From an uncultured delta proteobacterium (GTDB taxonomy: Bacteria > Myxococcota > Kuafuiibacteriia > Kuafuiibacteriales > Kuafuiibacteriaceae): DNA of 64,000 bases. Where the stretch lies: positions 192,001-256,000 of the forward strand of contig CAWDML010000008.1 in NCBI GenBank assembly GCA_963803435.1, written 5' to 3'. Every line of letters starts with the position of its first letter. The first letter of the stretch is position 1. The notes beneath the pieces were generated by a model. The model searched no databases and was not told the DNA's origin. It saw only the letters and a list, made by a program, of their open reading frames with translations. Shown here in pieces: positions 20,613-30,653 of this stretch. The position numbers and the translations under genes are program-made.

Positions 20613-22068
20613 TCACTCGATCTCGACGGACAGCTCGAAGACACCGCCCTCGGCGTCGTACGAGTCGATCACGATGAGGTAGTCATGGGCCGGTACGTTC
20701 TCCAGCAGCAGGCGGGAGGACGCGCTGGTCCGGGCGTCGTCGTCGCACGAGATCACGGGCGCGTTGGCGTCCTCGCAGGCTCCGGTCAGGTACACCACCG
20801 TGTCGAACGTCGTCCCGGGGAGGTCGGTCCGGATCAACACCCGGGCCGCGGGGTTCGGGAGCGAGAGGATCGCGATGCCCTCGGGGCGCGAGGTCGGATC
20901 GTGCGCGGCGCATCCCTCGGGCGGATCCCACACGCTCGAGCCGGTCGCGAACCCGATCAGGCTCATCTTCCCGGTCGTCGGACCCAGCACCGGCGCCGCG
21001 CCGCACTCGGCGAGGCGTTCGGTCGCGACCGGCTGACAGGTGTTGACCGCCGAGAGGTCCCCCGGCGAGCAGACCAGGCCCTTCGAGCACACGCTGAAGC
21101 CCCGCGGATCGCACGACTGACCGCGCGATCGGACGGGTGGAGCCGAGAGCCGGGCCGTGCGTCGATCGCCGCTGCGATCGACGACGTCGAACGGCACCGC
21201 GGCGATCTGCTTGACCTGCTCCGAGAACGAATCGCTGGGGCTCAGCTCAACGAAGAAACGGCCGCCCTGCGAGCTGCCGCGTGCGTCGATCGCGAAGCTC
21301 GAGCTCTCGGGTGTCTCGTCGTTGTCGAGGTCGATCTGGATCGGGTTGCCCTGCTGATCGAGAAAGTCGACCTCCACCTTCTTCATGTCGTCGTCGGGGT
21401 CCACGCCCTCGACCAGGATCTTGGGGCCGAAGGAGGTGCTCAGGTACGCGACCTTGTCGATCGCGGGCGCGACGCCCTCCGAGCACTGGGTCGGATCGCC
21501 GCGACAGCCGAGGCCGACGTCACAGCGATCGTCCCAGTAGGTCGGATCGCAGAACTCGCCCAGGTGCTTCACCGGCTGCGAGCTGACCGACACCATCACC
21601 ACGTTGGACTCCAGGCCTTCCTTGTCCCGGAGTCGGACCTCCAGCTTCTCCACCTGGGAGGCGGACTCGAGGAACCTCCGCAGCGTCACGCTGCCGGAGA
21701 GCTCCGTCGAGCCGCTCACCGGGACGTCGAAGCGAAAGGCCGACTCCCCCGACTCGGGCTTCCCGTCCTGATCATGGTCGAACAGCTCCGCTTCGAGGCC
21801 GGAGTGCTCGAGGAACCGGACCACCACCAGCGCCACGTCGCCGTCCTCGTCCGTGCCTTCGAGGCGCAGCCCGAGGTCGACCCCGTCGCGGCCCGTCGCC
21901 CGGGCTACGACGGAGCCGAGCACCGGTGCCACCGCGTTCCGCGTGCTCGAATCCGTCGTTGTCGCTGGGATTGCCGCCGTTGGGTCCCGCGTCGTCCGCG
22001 GAGCCCGGCCCGTTCTTGCTGCAAGCGAGAAGGGCCACGGGGAGGAGGAAGAGGAGGGAGGTACGCAT
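20613..22068 (-). CDS. Cys-containing lipoprotein with C-terminal PPC-like domain; frameshift near 21942
   Basis: Lipobox ALLAC from ATG 22068; removing one G joins it to NAVAPVLGSV.. of ORF 20613..22172; C-terminal FDTVVYL..CDDD..YLIVIDSY. Confidence 0.7.
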
Positions 22069-22077
22069 GGCAGGTTC

Positions 22078-23895
22078 TTAGAGCTCGCAGGCGTCGATGC
22101 TGCCGGTTCCGTTGTTGAAGCCGATGTCTCCGTCGCCGGCACCGCAGTCGATGTCGTCGTTCCCGGCGCCACCGTCGATCAGGTCGTCGCCGTCGCCGCC
22201 GCTGAGGTCATCGTCGTCGTCGCCGCCGTAGATCTCGTCGTTGCCGCCGGCGCCGTCGATGGTGTCGGACCCTGCGCCGCCGTCGATCTTGTTGGCCAGC
22301 GAGTTGCCGACCACGTAGTCGTTGCCGTCGCCGCAGTTCACGTTCTCCACGTCGGCCTGGATGTCGTCCATCTCGCCCGACTCGCCGTCATCCGCCGCCG
22401 TGCCCGTCATGGTGAGGTGGAGGTTGTTGGTGCGCAGGCTGTAGTCGACCAGGTCGACACCGGCGCCGCCGTAGATCGTGTCCGCACCGTCATCGCCGGA
22501 GCCCTGGAGGAACGTGTCGTTGCCCGCGCCGCCGTTCATGACGTCGTCGCCGTCGCCGCCGTCGATGACGTTGGCGAGGTTGTTCCCGGTCAGGTGGTCG
22601 TCACCGCTACCGCCGTTCAGGTTCTCACAGTCCGTGTAGATGTTGTCGCCCTCGCCCTGCTCGCCGTCGTTGGCTCCGCTGAGCATGGTGACGGTCAGGT
22701 TCTCCGAGCGATCGCTGTAGTCGATGAGGTCCGTGCCGGCGCCGCAGAAGAGGAGATCGGCGCCGTTCTCGGCGTTGCCCTCGTACAGGACGTCGTCGCC
22801 GTTCTCGCCGTAGACCTTGTCGTCCCCGTCGCCGCCGGTCAGCGTGTCGTTGCCTTCGCCGCCGTGGATCTCGTCGTCGCCGTCGCCGCCGTCGATCGTG
22901 TCGTTGCCGGGTCCGCCCTTGATCAGGTTGTTCTCGGCGTCGCCGGTGAGCGTGTCGTTGCCGCTGCCGCCGGTCACGCCCTCGACCATGCTGACGTCGT
23001 CGTTCTCGCCGGCCTCGCCGTCGTCCGCGCCGGATCCCATGGTCACCGTGACGGTGGCGGTGCGCGACGCGTAGCTGACCACGTCGAGGCCACCCTCACC
23101 GTCGAACGTGTCGGCGCCGTTCGGCGCTGCGCCCTCGTCGAAGGTGTCGTTCCCTTCGCCGCCGTAGAGCATGTCGGCGCCGGGGCCGCCCGCGATGGTG
23201 TCGTTTCCGTCGCCGCCGCTGATCACGTCGTCGCCGTCGCCGCCGGTGAGCGTGTCGTTGCCGGCGCCACCGAAGACCGTGAGCGTGGACTGGTAGGCGG
23301 TGCCCGAGCCGTGTCCGCCGGCGCCGGTGAACACGTCCGCGCCGTCGCCGAGGCTGAAGACCAGCTCGTCCGCGCCGAAGTGACCGATGTCGACGTTGTT
23401 GTCGTTGTCGGTCGCGATGCCGTTGGTGCCGACCGAGATCCGATCGACGCTCGAGCTGCCGCGGATCTTGAGTGAGTCGCCGCTGCCGGTCCCGAAGTTG
23501 ATCGAGATGCCGACCGTCGACGTCGTGCCCTTGCCGAACGACCCGTTGATGAAGTCGAGGATGACGGTCTCATCGCCCGCCGCGCTCGGGTTCTCGGAGA
23601 CGAACACGCGCTTCATCTGCGTCGTCTTCGCGTCCTCGCACGCCTCGCCATTGACGAGCAGCGCCGAGTCGACCGACCGCTTGGAGAGGATCGCGGTCTC
23701 GCCGCTCTCCACGACCACGGTCGCCCACTTGGTGTCAGAGGCGTACGTACAGGGTGTCGTCAGCACCGTGAGGGGCTGGGACAGCTCCGGGATTCCTTCC
23801 ACGATCTCCGCGGAGGGCGGTGCGAGCTCGGGACCGCATCCGAATAGGGCTAGGGCGACGGCTGCGCCGGACAGTCTGAATCGAGTGGTCAGCAT
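22078..23895 (-). CDS. RTX/hemolysin-type Ca2+-binding repeat lipoprotein
   Basis: Lipobox LALFGC; more than 25 GGxGxDxLx nonapeptides. Confidence 0.92.
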   Translation of the reverse strand: MLTTRFRLSGAAVALALFGCGPELAPPSAEIVEGIPELSQPLTVLTTPCTYASDTKWATVVVESGETAILSKRSVDSALLVNGEACEDAKTTQMKRVFVSENPSAAGDETVILDFINGSFGKGTTSTVGISINFGTGSGDSLKIRGSSSVDRISVGTNGIATDNDNNVDIGHFGADELVFSLGDGADVFTGAGGHGSGTAYQSTLTVFGGAGNDTLTGGDGDDVISGGDGNDTIAGGPGADMLYGGEGNDTFDEGAAPNGADTFDGEGGLDVVSYASRTATVTVTMGSGADDGEAGENDDVSMVEGVTGGSGNDTLTGDAENNLIKGGPGNDTIDGGDGDDEIHGGEGNDTLTGGDGDDKVYGENGDDVLYEGNAENGADLLFCGAGTDLIDYSDRSENLTVTMLSGANDGEQGEGDNIYTDCENLNGGSGDDHLTGNNLANVIDGGDGDDVMNGGAGNDTFLQGSGDDGADTIYGGAGVDLVDYSLRTNNLHLTMTGTAADDGESGEMDDIQADVENVNCGDGNDYVVGNSLANKIDGGAGSDTIDGAGGNDEIYGGDDDDDLSGGDGDDLIDGGAGNDDIDCGAGDGDIGFNNGTGSIDACEL

Positions 23896-23935
23896 CGCTG
23901 AAGGGATCGACCCAGAACGGACGCACCTTAAGGCC

Positions 23936-25075
23936 TCATGAGAGCGCCATTTCGAAACCCGGTCGGAGCGTCGCGAAGTCCCGCGTCGCGAAGCGGCCGT
24001 CGGGCAGCGTCACCGCGTAGACGGTCATCGGAGTGCGGTCCACGGTGAACCCGCGAACCGCCGCTTCGAGGCGGGAACCGCGCGGGATCATGAGAGAGAG
24101 GAAGTGGAGCCGCTCCGACCGGTGCGCCCGGTAGGCCTCGAGCAGGAGGTCTCGCAGGATCGCCGGGTCGTCCCCCTCGATCTCCAGGTGGCTCAGAAAG
24201 AGAAAGCGAAACGTCTCACCTGGTGCCGGGAGCTGGGGGTAGCGGAGCACCTTGGCGCCGAGGTCGAAGAAGAGGCGCACCCAGCGCATGTGCCGGTGGT
24301 AGCCGAGCACCCGCGTTCGTTTGAATGGAGCGGTGTCGAAGGGAGCGACGCACCCCGCGATCCGTCCGGCCGAGTCCCGCGCCAAGAGGAAGGACTCGAG
24401 CGAGAAGCCCGGCCACGACTCGAAGCGCCCGCGGAGGCGCTCGCCGTCCAGCGCGTCGCCCATCAGCCGGGTCTTGCTCCGGGCGGACAAAAACGAGACC
24501 AGCTCATCGAGGTCGCGATCGGTCGCGCTCGTGATCTTTCGGGAAGGCCGTCCCTTCGGTAGCGTGAACTGCACGTTCGTCATCGAGAACGGTGTCATCA
24601 CCGAGTAGATCGGCTGCTCCTCCCGGCGCCGGCCCTTGCGGGTCACCAGCGCGCTCCTGGCGGCCTGGTTGTCGTCGAAGATGACGGTGTAGAAGAGCTC
24701 CGCGCCGAAGCGATCGCGGGCGCGCTCGAGCAGGAGCCGATACGCGCGCGGCATGACGGCCGCCGTCCGCGAGCCGGGCAGGATCCGCAGGTCGCCGAGG
24801 TATCCGACCATCGTCCGCTCCCCGAACACCCACCCGGGCCGGACGGCCATCGAGCCCAGGCCCGAGGGACGGCCGTCCTTGCCCTCCGCGATCAGCACCT
24901 CGCGGTCGCCCTGGTGCATGTCGAGCAGGCGGAAGAAGTCCGGATCGCGCTCCTGCGTGAGATCGAGCGCGGCGCGCAGGTGGACCCGGCGCAGGAGCTC
25001 GCAGAGCGCCGCGCTGTCGTGCTCGTCGGCCGTCCGTACGGTGACGCCGCCCATCCGTTGGACGACTTCCCTCAT
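23936..25075 (-). CDS. GNAT-fold acyltransferase-like protein
   Basis: VRTADEHDSAALCEL.., GYLGDLRILPGSR motif, FYTVIFDDNQAA; double-GNAT length. Confidence 0.65.
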   Translation of the reverse strand: MREVVQRMGGVTVRTADEHDSAALCELLRRVHLRAALDLTQERDPDFFRLLDMHQGDREVLIAEGKDGRPSGLGSMAVRPGWVFGERTMVGYLGDLRILPGSRTAAVMPRAYRLLLERARDRFGAELFYTVIFDDNQAARSALVTRKGRRREEQPIYSVMTPFSMTNVQFTLPKGRPSRKITSATDRDLDELVSFLSARSKTRLMGDALDGERLRGRFESWPGFSLESFLLARDSAGRIAGCVAPFDTAPFKRTRVLGYHRHMRWVRLFFDLGAKVLRYPQLPAPGETFRFLFLSHLEIEGDDPAILRDLLLEAYRAHRSERLHFLSLMIPRGSRLEAAVRGFTVDRTPMTVYAVTLPDGRFATRDFATLRPGFEMALS

Positions 25076-25162
25076 CCCCTGCTCCTACTTCGCGGGGCCG
25101 GCGCGCGCCACGGGGCTCGACAAAAGGATCGCCGCGCTGGAGTGTTGTCGCGGCGGTCCTCC

Positions 25163-26797
25163 TTGAGCCTGCTGAAGCCGATCCCACCCCCTTACGATCC
25201 GATCGAGTGGGCCAAGCGCCCGTTCCCGGAGAAGAGCCGGATGGTCTGTCAGGCCTGGGCACTGCAGGGCTACGGCGCGCCGCCCGGCGTCCTGCTGGTC
25301 TATGCCCTGAAGGTCGGCCTCTACGTCGCCGCCTGGTGTTACTTCTGCTCGTTCACGCCCGGGCTGGGACGCTTGTCTTCCCTCGACGCCTGGTGGCTCA
25401 CGCCGGTGGCGTTCCAGAAGGCGATCCTCTGGAGCATGCTGTTCGAAGTGCTCGGCTTCGGCTGTGGGAGCGGTCCGCTCACCGGCCGCTACTTCCCGCC
25501 CATGGGCGGCTTCCTCTACTTCCTCCGGCCCGGGACCACCAAGCTGCCGCTCTTCAGCGCCCTCGGCACCCGGCGCAGCTGGCTCGACGCCGGCTTGTAC
25601 CTGGCGCTGGCCCTGTTCCTCCTGCGCGCGCTGATCGCCCCCGACATCGACGCTGCGCGGGTGCTCCCCATACTGATCCTGCTCCCGCTGCTCGGTGTCC
25701 TCGATCGGACCATCTTCCTGGCCGCCCGCGCCGAGCACTACTTCTCGATGACCGTCTGCTTCGCCTTCGGACCCGCCTGGATCGCCGGGGCCAAGGCGGT
25801 GCAGCTGGCCCTGTGGTTCTGGGCAGGTGTGTCGAAGCTGAACCACCACTTCCCGGCGGTGGTGTGCGTCATGACCAGCAACAGCCCGTTCATGGCCTTC
25901 CCCTGGCTGCGGAAGCGCATGTACGTCGACTATCCCGACGACCTGCGGCCGTCCCGGCTGGCCGGAGCGATGGCGCAGGCCGGGAGCATGCTCGAGTTCA
26001 TCGTGCCGATCGCGCTCGGTCTGGGCACCGGCGGCACGCTCACGCTGATCGGCTTGGTCGCGATGCTGATGCTGCACTTCTACATCTCGAGCAACGTCCC
26101 GATGGGCGTTCCGATCGAGTGGAACGTGATGATGGTCTACGGTGCGTTCTTCCTCTTCTGGAAGAACGCCGCGGTGAGCGTCCTCGGCCTCGGCTCACCG
26201 CTCCTGGCCGCTTTCCTGGTGGTCGCCGTGGTCCTGGTCCCGCTGGTGGGCAACCTCTTCCCCTCGCTGGTCTCGTTCCTGCTCTCGATGCGCTACTACG
26301 CCGGCAACTGGGCCTACTCGGTGTGGCTGTTCGAGGGCGACTCCTACCGCAAGCTCGACGCGCACCTCACCAAGAGCTCGGGCTGGATCTACGACCAGCT
26401 CGCCAGGTTCTACGACTACTCGACGAGCGTCGGGCTCGTGGGCAAGGTCCTCGGCTTTCGCTCGATGCACCTGCACGGACGCGCGCTCCAGCGCTTGCTC
26501 CCCAAGGCCGTCGGCGCGCTCGATCGCTACGAATACGTCGACGGCGAGCTGGTCGCGGGGATGGTGCTGGGCTGGAACTTCGGCGACGGCCACCTCCACC
26601 GCGACGAGCTGCTCCGCGCCGTTCAGTCGCAGTGCAACTTCGAGGAGGGACAGCTCCGCTGCATCTTCGTAGAGTCGCAGCCGCTCTTCCGACCGCGGCT
26701 CCACTACCGGATCGCCGACGCGAAGTCGGGTGTTCTGGAGGAGGGTGACCTCGACGTGAACGAGCTTCGCACGATGCAGCCCTGGCCCGCGTCATGA
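25163..26797 (+). CDS. DUF3556 transmembrane protein
   Basis: TTG start; QKAILWSMLFEVLGFGCGSGPLTGRY, FLRPGTTKLP, FLAARAEHY, SKLNHHFP, PMGVPIEWN, SMRYYAGNW, LGWNFGDGHLH. Confidence 0.85.
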   Translation: MSLLKPIPPPYDPIEWAKRPFPEKSRMVCQAWALQGYGAPPGVLLVYALKVGLYVAAWCYFCSFTPGLGRLSSLDAWWLTPVAFQKAILWSMLFEVLGFGCGSGPLTGRYFPPMGGFLYFLRPGTTKLPLFSALGTRRSWLDAGLYLALALFLLRALIAPDIDAARVLPILILLPLLGVLDRTIFLAARAEHYFSMTVCFAFGPAWIAGAKAVQLALWFWAGVSKLNHHFPAVVCVMTSNSPFMAFPWLRKRMYVDYPDDLRPSRLAGAMAQAGSMLEFIVPIALGLGTGGTLTLIGLVAMLMLHFYISSNVPMGVPIEWNVMMVYGAFFLFWKNAAVSVLGLGSPLLAAFLVVAVVLVPLVGNLFPSLVSFLLSMRYYAGNWAYSVWLFEGDSYRKLDAHLTKSSGWIYDQLARFYDYSTSVGLVGKVLGFRSMHLHGRALQRLLPKAVGALDRYEYVDGELVAGMVLGWNFGDGHLHRDELLRAVQSQCNFEEGQLRCIFVESQPLFRPRLHYRIADAKSGVLEEGDLDVNELRTMQPWPAS

Positions 26798-28236
26798 CGT
26801 ACGACGCGGTGGTGGTGGGGGCGGGACCGAACGGCCTGGCGGCCGCGGTGGAGCTGGCCCAGCACGGCGCCTCCGTGCTGGTCCTGGAGGCCGGCGACCA
26901 GCTGGGCGGCGGCACGCGGACCGCCGAGCTCACGCTGCCCGGGTTCCATCACGACGTCTGCTCGGCCGCCCACCCGATGGGAGTGCTCTCGCCGTTCTTT
27001 CGTACGCTGCCGCTGGAGGCGCACGGGCTGACCTGGATCCGTCCGCCCGCATCGGTGGCACACCCGCTCGACGGCGAGCCCGCGGTGATGCTGTGGCCCG
27101 CCGTCCGTGAGACCGCCGCCGGTCTTACGGAGGACGGCGCGGCCTACGAGCGCTTGCTCGCGCCGTTCCTCCGCGATCCGCACGGCCTCCTCGCGGATGC
27201 GCTCGGGCCGCTCAACCGGTGGCCCAAGCACCCGTGGTTGATGCTGCGGTTCGGCTTGAAGGCGATGCGATCGGCGGTCGGCCTCGCCAAGGGGACGTTC
27301 CGCCATCCGCGCGCCCGCGCGCTCCTCGCCGGCTGCGCGGCCCACGCCACCCAGCCGCTGGAGAGCGCGTTCACCGCGGCGATCGGGCTCATGTTCCTCA
27401 TCACCGGACACGTCGAGCCCTGGCCGGTGGCGGCCGGGGGCTCCCACGCGATCACGCGCGCGCTCGGCGGCTACCTCGAATCGCTCGGCGGCGAGGTGCG
27501 CACCCGGGCGCGCGTCCGTGCGCTCGGAGATCTGCCGGAGACGCGGGTGGTCCTCTTCGACACCAGCCCCGACCAGCTGTCGAGCATCGCCGGTCCGATC
27601 CTCCCCTCCCGCTATCTGGGACGGCTCGCCCGCTATCGCTACGGGCCGGGCGTGTTCAAGGTCGACTGGGCGCTCGACGGTCCGATCCCATGGACTGACC
27701 CGCAGGTCCTCCGCGCCTCCACGGTGCACCTGGGCGGGACGCTCGAGGAGCTGGCAGCCGGCGAGTCGGCGATGTGGAGGGGCGAGCACTTCGAGCGGCC
27801 GTTCGTGCTGCTGGTCCAGCAGAGTATGTTCGATCCGAGCCGCGCGCCGCCGGGCAAGCACACCGGCTACGCCTACTGCCACGTGCCGTCCGGCTCGACG
27901 GAGGATCTCACCGACATCGTGGAGGGTCAGGTCGAGCGCTTCGCGCCCGGGTTCAAGGATCGCATTCTCGCCCGTCACGTCATGCGTGCAGGAGACTTCG
28001 AGCGCTACAACCCGAACTCGCTGGGAGGCGCGATCAGCGGCGGCGTCTCCGACGCGTTCCAGCTGTTCACGCGTCCGGTGGCCAGGCTCGATCCCTACTC
28101 GACCCCCAACCCGCGCGTGTTCATCTGCTCGTCCTCGACGCCGCCGGGCGCCGGTGTGCACGGCATGTGCGGCTACTACGCGGCGCGCTCGGCGCTCCGT
28201 CGGATCGCCCGACTCCCCGCGGCCCGGCTCGGTTGA
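26794..28236 (+). CDS. Phytoene-desaturase-family FAD oxidoreductase
   Basis: VVGAGPNGLAAA, GGGTRT, HDVCSAAHP, STPPGAGVHGMCG; ATGA overlap with DUF3556 gene. Confidence 0.9.
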   Translation: MTYDAVVVGAGPNGLAAAVELAQHGASVLVLEAGDQLGGGTRTAELTLPGFHHDVCSAAHPMGVLSPFFRTLPLEAHGLTWIRPPASVAHPLDGEPAVMLWPAVRETAAGLTEDGAAYERLLAPFLRDPHGLLADALGPLNRWPKHPWLMLRFGLKAMRSAVGLAKGTFRHPRARALLAGCAAHATQPLESAFTAAIGLMFLITGHVEPWPVAAGGSHAITRALGGYLESLGGEVRTRARVRALGDLPETRVVLFDTSPDQLSSIAGPILPSRYLGRLARYRYGPGVFKVDWALDGPIPWTDPQVLRASTVHLGGTLEELAAGESAMWRGEHFERPFVLLVQQSMFDPSRAPPGKHTGYAYCHVPSGSTEDLTDIVEGQVERFAPGFKDRILARHVMRAGDFERYNPNSLGGAISGGVSDAFQLFTRPVARLDPYSTPNPRVFICSSSTPPGAGVHGMCGYYAARSALRRIARLPAARLG

Positions 28237-28408
28237 CCGGGGCTCGACGAGATCGTGGGCCAGGCGATGATCCGCGTCGTTACCCGAGGCGCGCCCGCCG
28301 TGCTCGAGGCCAGGGACCTCAACGCGCTGGGCGCCTGAGTGGGGCAGAAGCCCTCGGACCGCCGGGGCTCCCCCGCTTGACGGATGGGCGGGCCCCGACC
28401 GGCCTCTT

Positions 28409-30070
28409 ATGACGCAGGGCGTGAGTTCGTTCGAGCTTTCCCCGAGATCCGTCTCGCTCCTGGGGGCGGCTGCGCTCTGGTGGATGCCGGCCGCTGCGTG
28501 GGCCCAGGCCGACTTCGCGGTCACGTACGCGTCCGAGCCGCCCGCTGTCCTGGCGGTCGGCGACTTCGTGTCCGTCAGCTACGACGTGGAGAACGTGGGC
28601 ACGAGCGCCGCCTCGTTCACCGTCGGGTTCGTGATCGACGACGGCACGCAAGCCTACCTGCTCTACGAGGATCCGATCTCGCTTTCGGCCGGCGGCTACA
28701 CCTCCGGGACCATGTCGTTCAGCGTACCGAGCGGCGCCGAAGGTGTCTGGTACGCCGGCCTGGTCGCCGATCCCTACGACATGTTCGTGGAGCCCGACGA
28801 GGACAACAACGTCTGGGTGTTCACGAATCAGCTCACGATCGGCGGCGGTACCACCGGCGGATCGATCACCGTGACCAGCGAGCCGCTCCCCGCGGCGCAG
28901 GTGGGCGCGAGCTACACCGCGACGCTCCACCAGGTCGGCGGGACCGCGCCCTCCTGGTACGTCTCCTCCGGCACGCTCCCGCCCGGCCTCACGCTGTCGT
29001 CCGGCGGGCAGATCAGCGGCGCGCCGACCTCGGCCGGCGCCTATAGCTTCACCGTCAACGCCGAGCAGTCCGGCTTCACCGGCGGCTCCGGCACGTTCGT
29101 CATCAACGTCTCGCAAGGCGCGAGCACCATCAGCGTCACGCCCGCAGAGCTTCCGGAGGCGAAGGTCGGCATGCCGTATCACGCCGTGCTGCAGGCCAGC
29201 GGCGGGACGCCGCCCTACGGCTACCAGGTGATCGGCGGTCCGTCGTGGTTGATCACCACCGGAGCCGGCACTGAAGCCGGAACCCTCTCCGGAACGCCGG
29301 ACGCCACCGGGCACTTCGCGCTCACCGTCTACGTGGTGGACTCGGCGGGAGGCGACGCCACCGTGATGACCTCGCTCGACGTGGTCGAGGCCGGACCGCT
29401 CACCGTGGTGGGGATGATCCCGGCTGCCGTCACGAGCAAGCCGTACCAGGCGGACGTGGTCACGGGCGGTGCTCAGCCGTACACGCTCGAGGTCACGGGC
29501 GGCAGCGTCCCCTCGGGGCTCACGCTGGACGGCGCCACCGGCCACCTCTCCGGAGTCCCCGCCGAGGCCGGCAGCTTCTCGTTCGAGGTCTCGGTGGTCG
29601 ATACCGCGGGTGCCTCCGCGTCGGGTCGAGTCGACGTGACGGTCGGAGACTTCCAGGGGCTCTCGATCTCGTCGAAGATGATCACGGTGTTCGTGAACGC
29701 CGACGTCGACGCACCGCTCGTCGCTGTGGGTGGCGTCGCCCCGTACAGCTGGCAGCTGCTCGGCGGCGCGCTCCCCGACGGCCTGGCCTTCGACGCCGCC
29801 GCCGGCAAGCTCACCGGAAAGACCGGCAAGGTGGCGATGACGAGCGCGACCTTCGTGGTGACGGACGCCGAGGGATCGATGGCCGAGCAGGAGGTGCAGA
29901 TCAGCGTCCGCGTGTACCGCGCGCCCTCCACCGGCGGTGGCTCGCGCCGCGGCGGCTGCACCTGCGCCGGCCTCCCGGCTCGCGGGTCCTCGCTCCTCCT
30001 GCTGCCGCTCCTCGGGTGGCTTTTGCTCCGCTCACGTCCACGGACTGGCTGGGGCTCGCTCAGGTGCTAG
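28409..30070 (+). CDS. CARDB + putative Ig (He_PIG) surface protein with MYXO-CTERM-like tail
   Basis: EPDEDNN, repeated GGTPPY..SGTLPPGLTL..G.ISG.P units; C-terminal GGCTCA-hydrophobic-RSRPR. Confidence 0.88.
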   Translation: MTQGVSSFELSPRSVSLLGAAALWWMPAAAWAQADFAVTYASEPPAVLAVGDFVSVSYDVENVGTSAASFTVGFVIDDGTQAYLLYEDPISLSAGGYTSGTMSFSVPSGAEGVWYAGLVADPYDMFVEPDEDNNVWVFTNQLTIGGGTTGGSITVTSEPLPAAQVGASYTATLHQVGGTAPSWYVSSGTLPPGLTLSSGGQISGAPTSAGAYSFTVNAEQSGFTGGSGTFVINVSQGASTISVTPAELPEAKVGMPYHAVLQASGGTPPYGYQVIGGPSWLITTGAGTEAGTLSGTPDATGHFALTVYVVDSAGGDATVMTSLDVVEAGPLTVVGMIPAAVTSKPYQADVVTGGAQPYTLEVTGGSVPSGLTLDGATGHLSGVPAEAGSFSFEVSVVDTAGASASGRVDVTVGDFQGLSISSKMITVFVNADVDAPLVAVGGVAPYSWQLLGGALPDGLAFDAAAGKLTGKTGKVAMTSATFVVTDAEGSMAEQEVQISVRVYRAPSTGGGSRRGGCTCAGLPARGSSLLLLPLLGWLLLRSRPRTGWGSLRC

Positions 30071-30129
30071 CCGACAGCAGGATCAGACCGCAAGCCACTT
30101 GTGAGCTCGCAGTCGAGTGAAGTCCACTT

Positions 30130-30322
30130 CCAGACGCTCGACGGCGTCGTCCTACGGGGCTCCCGCGGCCCACGACGGCCGGAGCACGTCTGCCTGGATA
30201 AAGGCTACGACTACGCGGATGTCGAGGCCGCCATTCGAGCGCGCCGGATCAACCCGCATATCCGCCGCCGCGGCGAGCCTGTACTCGCTGGCTGTGTCCG
30301 CGGTAGGCCGCGGCGCTGGGTT
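30130..30322 (+). pseudogene. IS5-family transposase fragment
   Basis: RRPEHVCLDKGYDY..RRINPHIRRRGE..RRWV. Confidence 0.8.
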
Positions 30323-30345
30323 TCAGCGAATCTCCGCTCCCTGCA

Positions 30346-30582
30346 TCAGCTCCGGATCGGCAAGACGCAACCATCCTTGCGAGCGACCGCCATCTTGTGG
30401 ATGAAGTCGGCAAGGCTCTCGCCGCCACGCGCTTCCTCGTCATTCGCACCACCTCCGGATGAACACCGGATCAGCTGTCGGACAACGTGCTTGCCGGCAA
30501 AGTCGTTTGGGAACTCGCGGCAAAGCCGAAGTACACGCTTCGCAAACTTGAGCAGTCGTTCTGCGATGTCATCGCCCTTCAT
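30346..30582 (-). pseudogene. Four-helix-bundle protein (TIGR02436-like), truncated
   Basis: MKGDDIAERLLKFAKRVLRLCREFPND..VVRQLIRCSSGGGANDEEARGGESLADFIHKMAVARK. Confidence 0.85.
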
Positions 30583-30653
30583 CGCCGGATCGAACAGCGA
30601 ATGACAGAACGACGAAACAGCAAACTGCGAACGGAACGGTTTCTGAACCGGCT

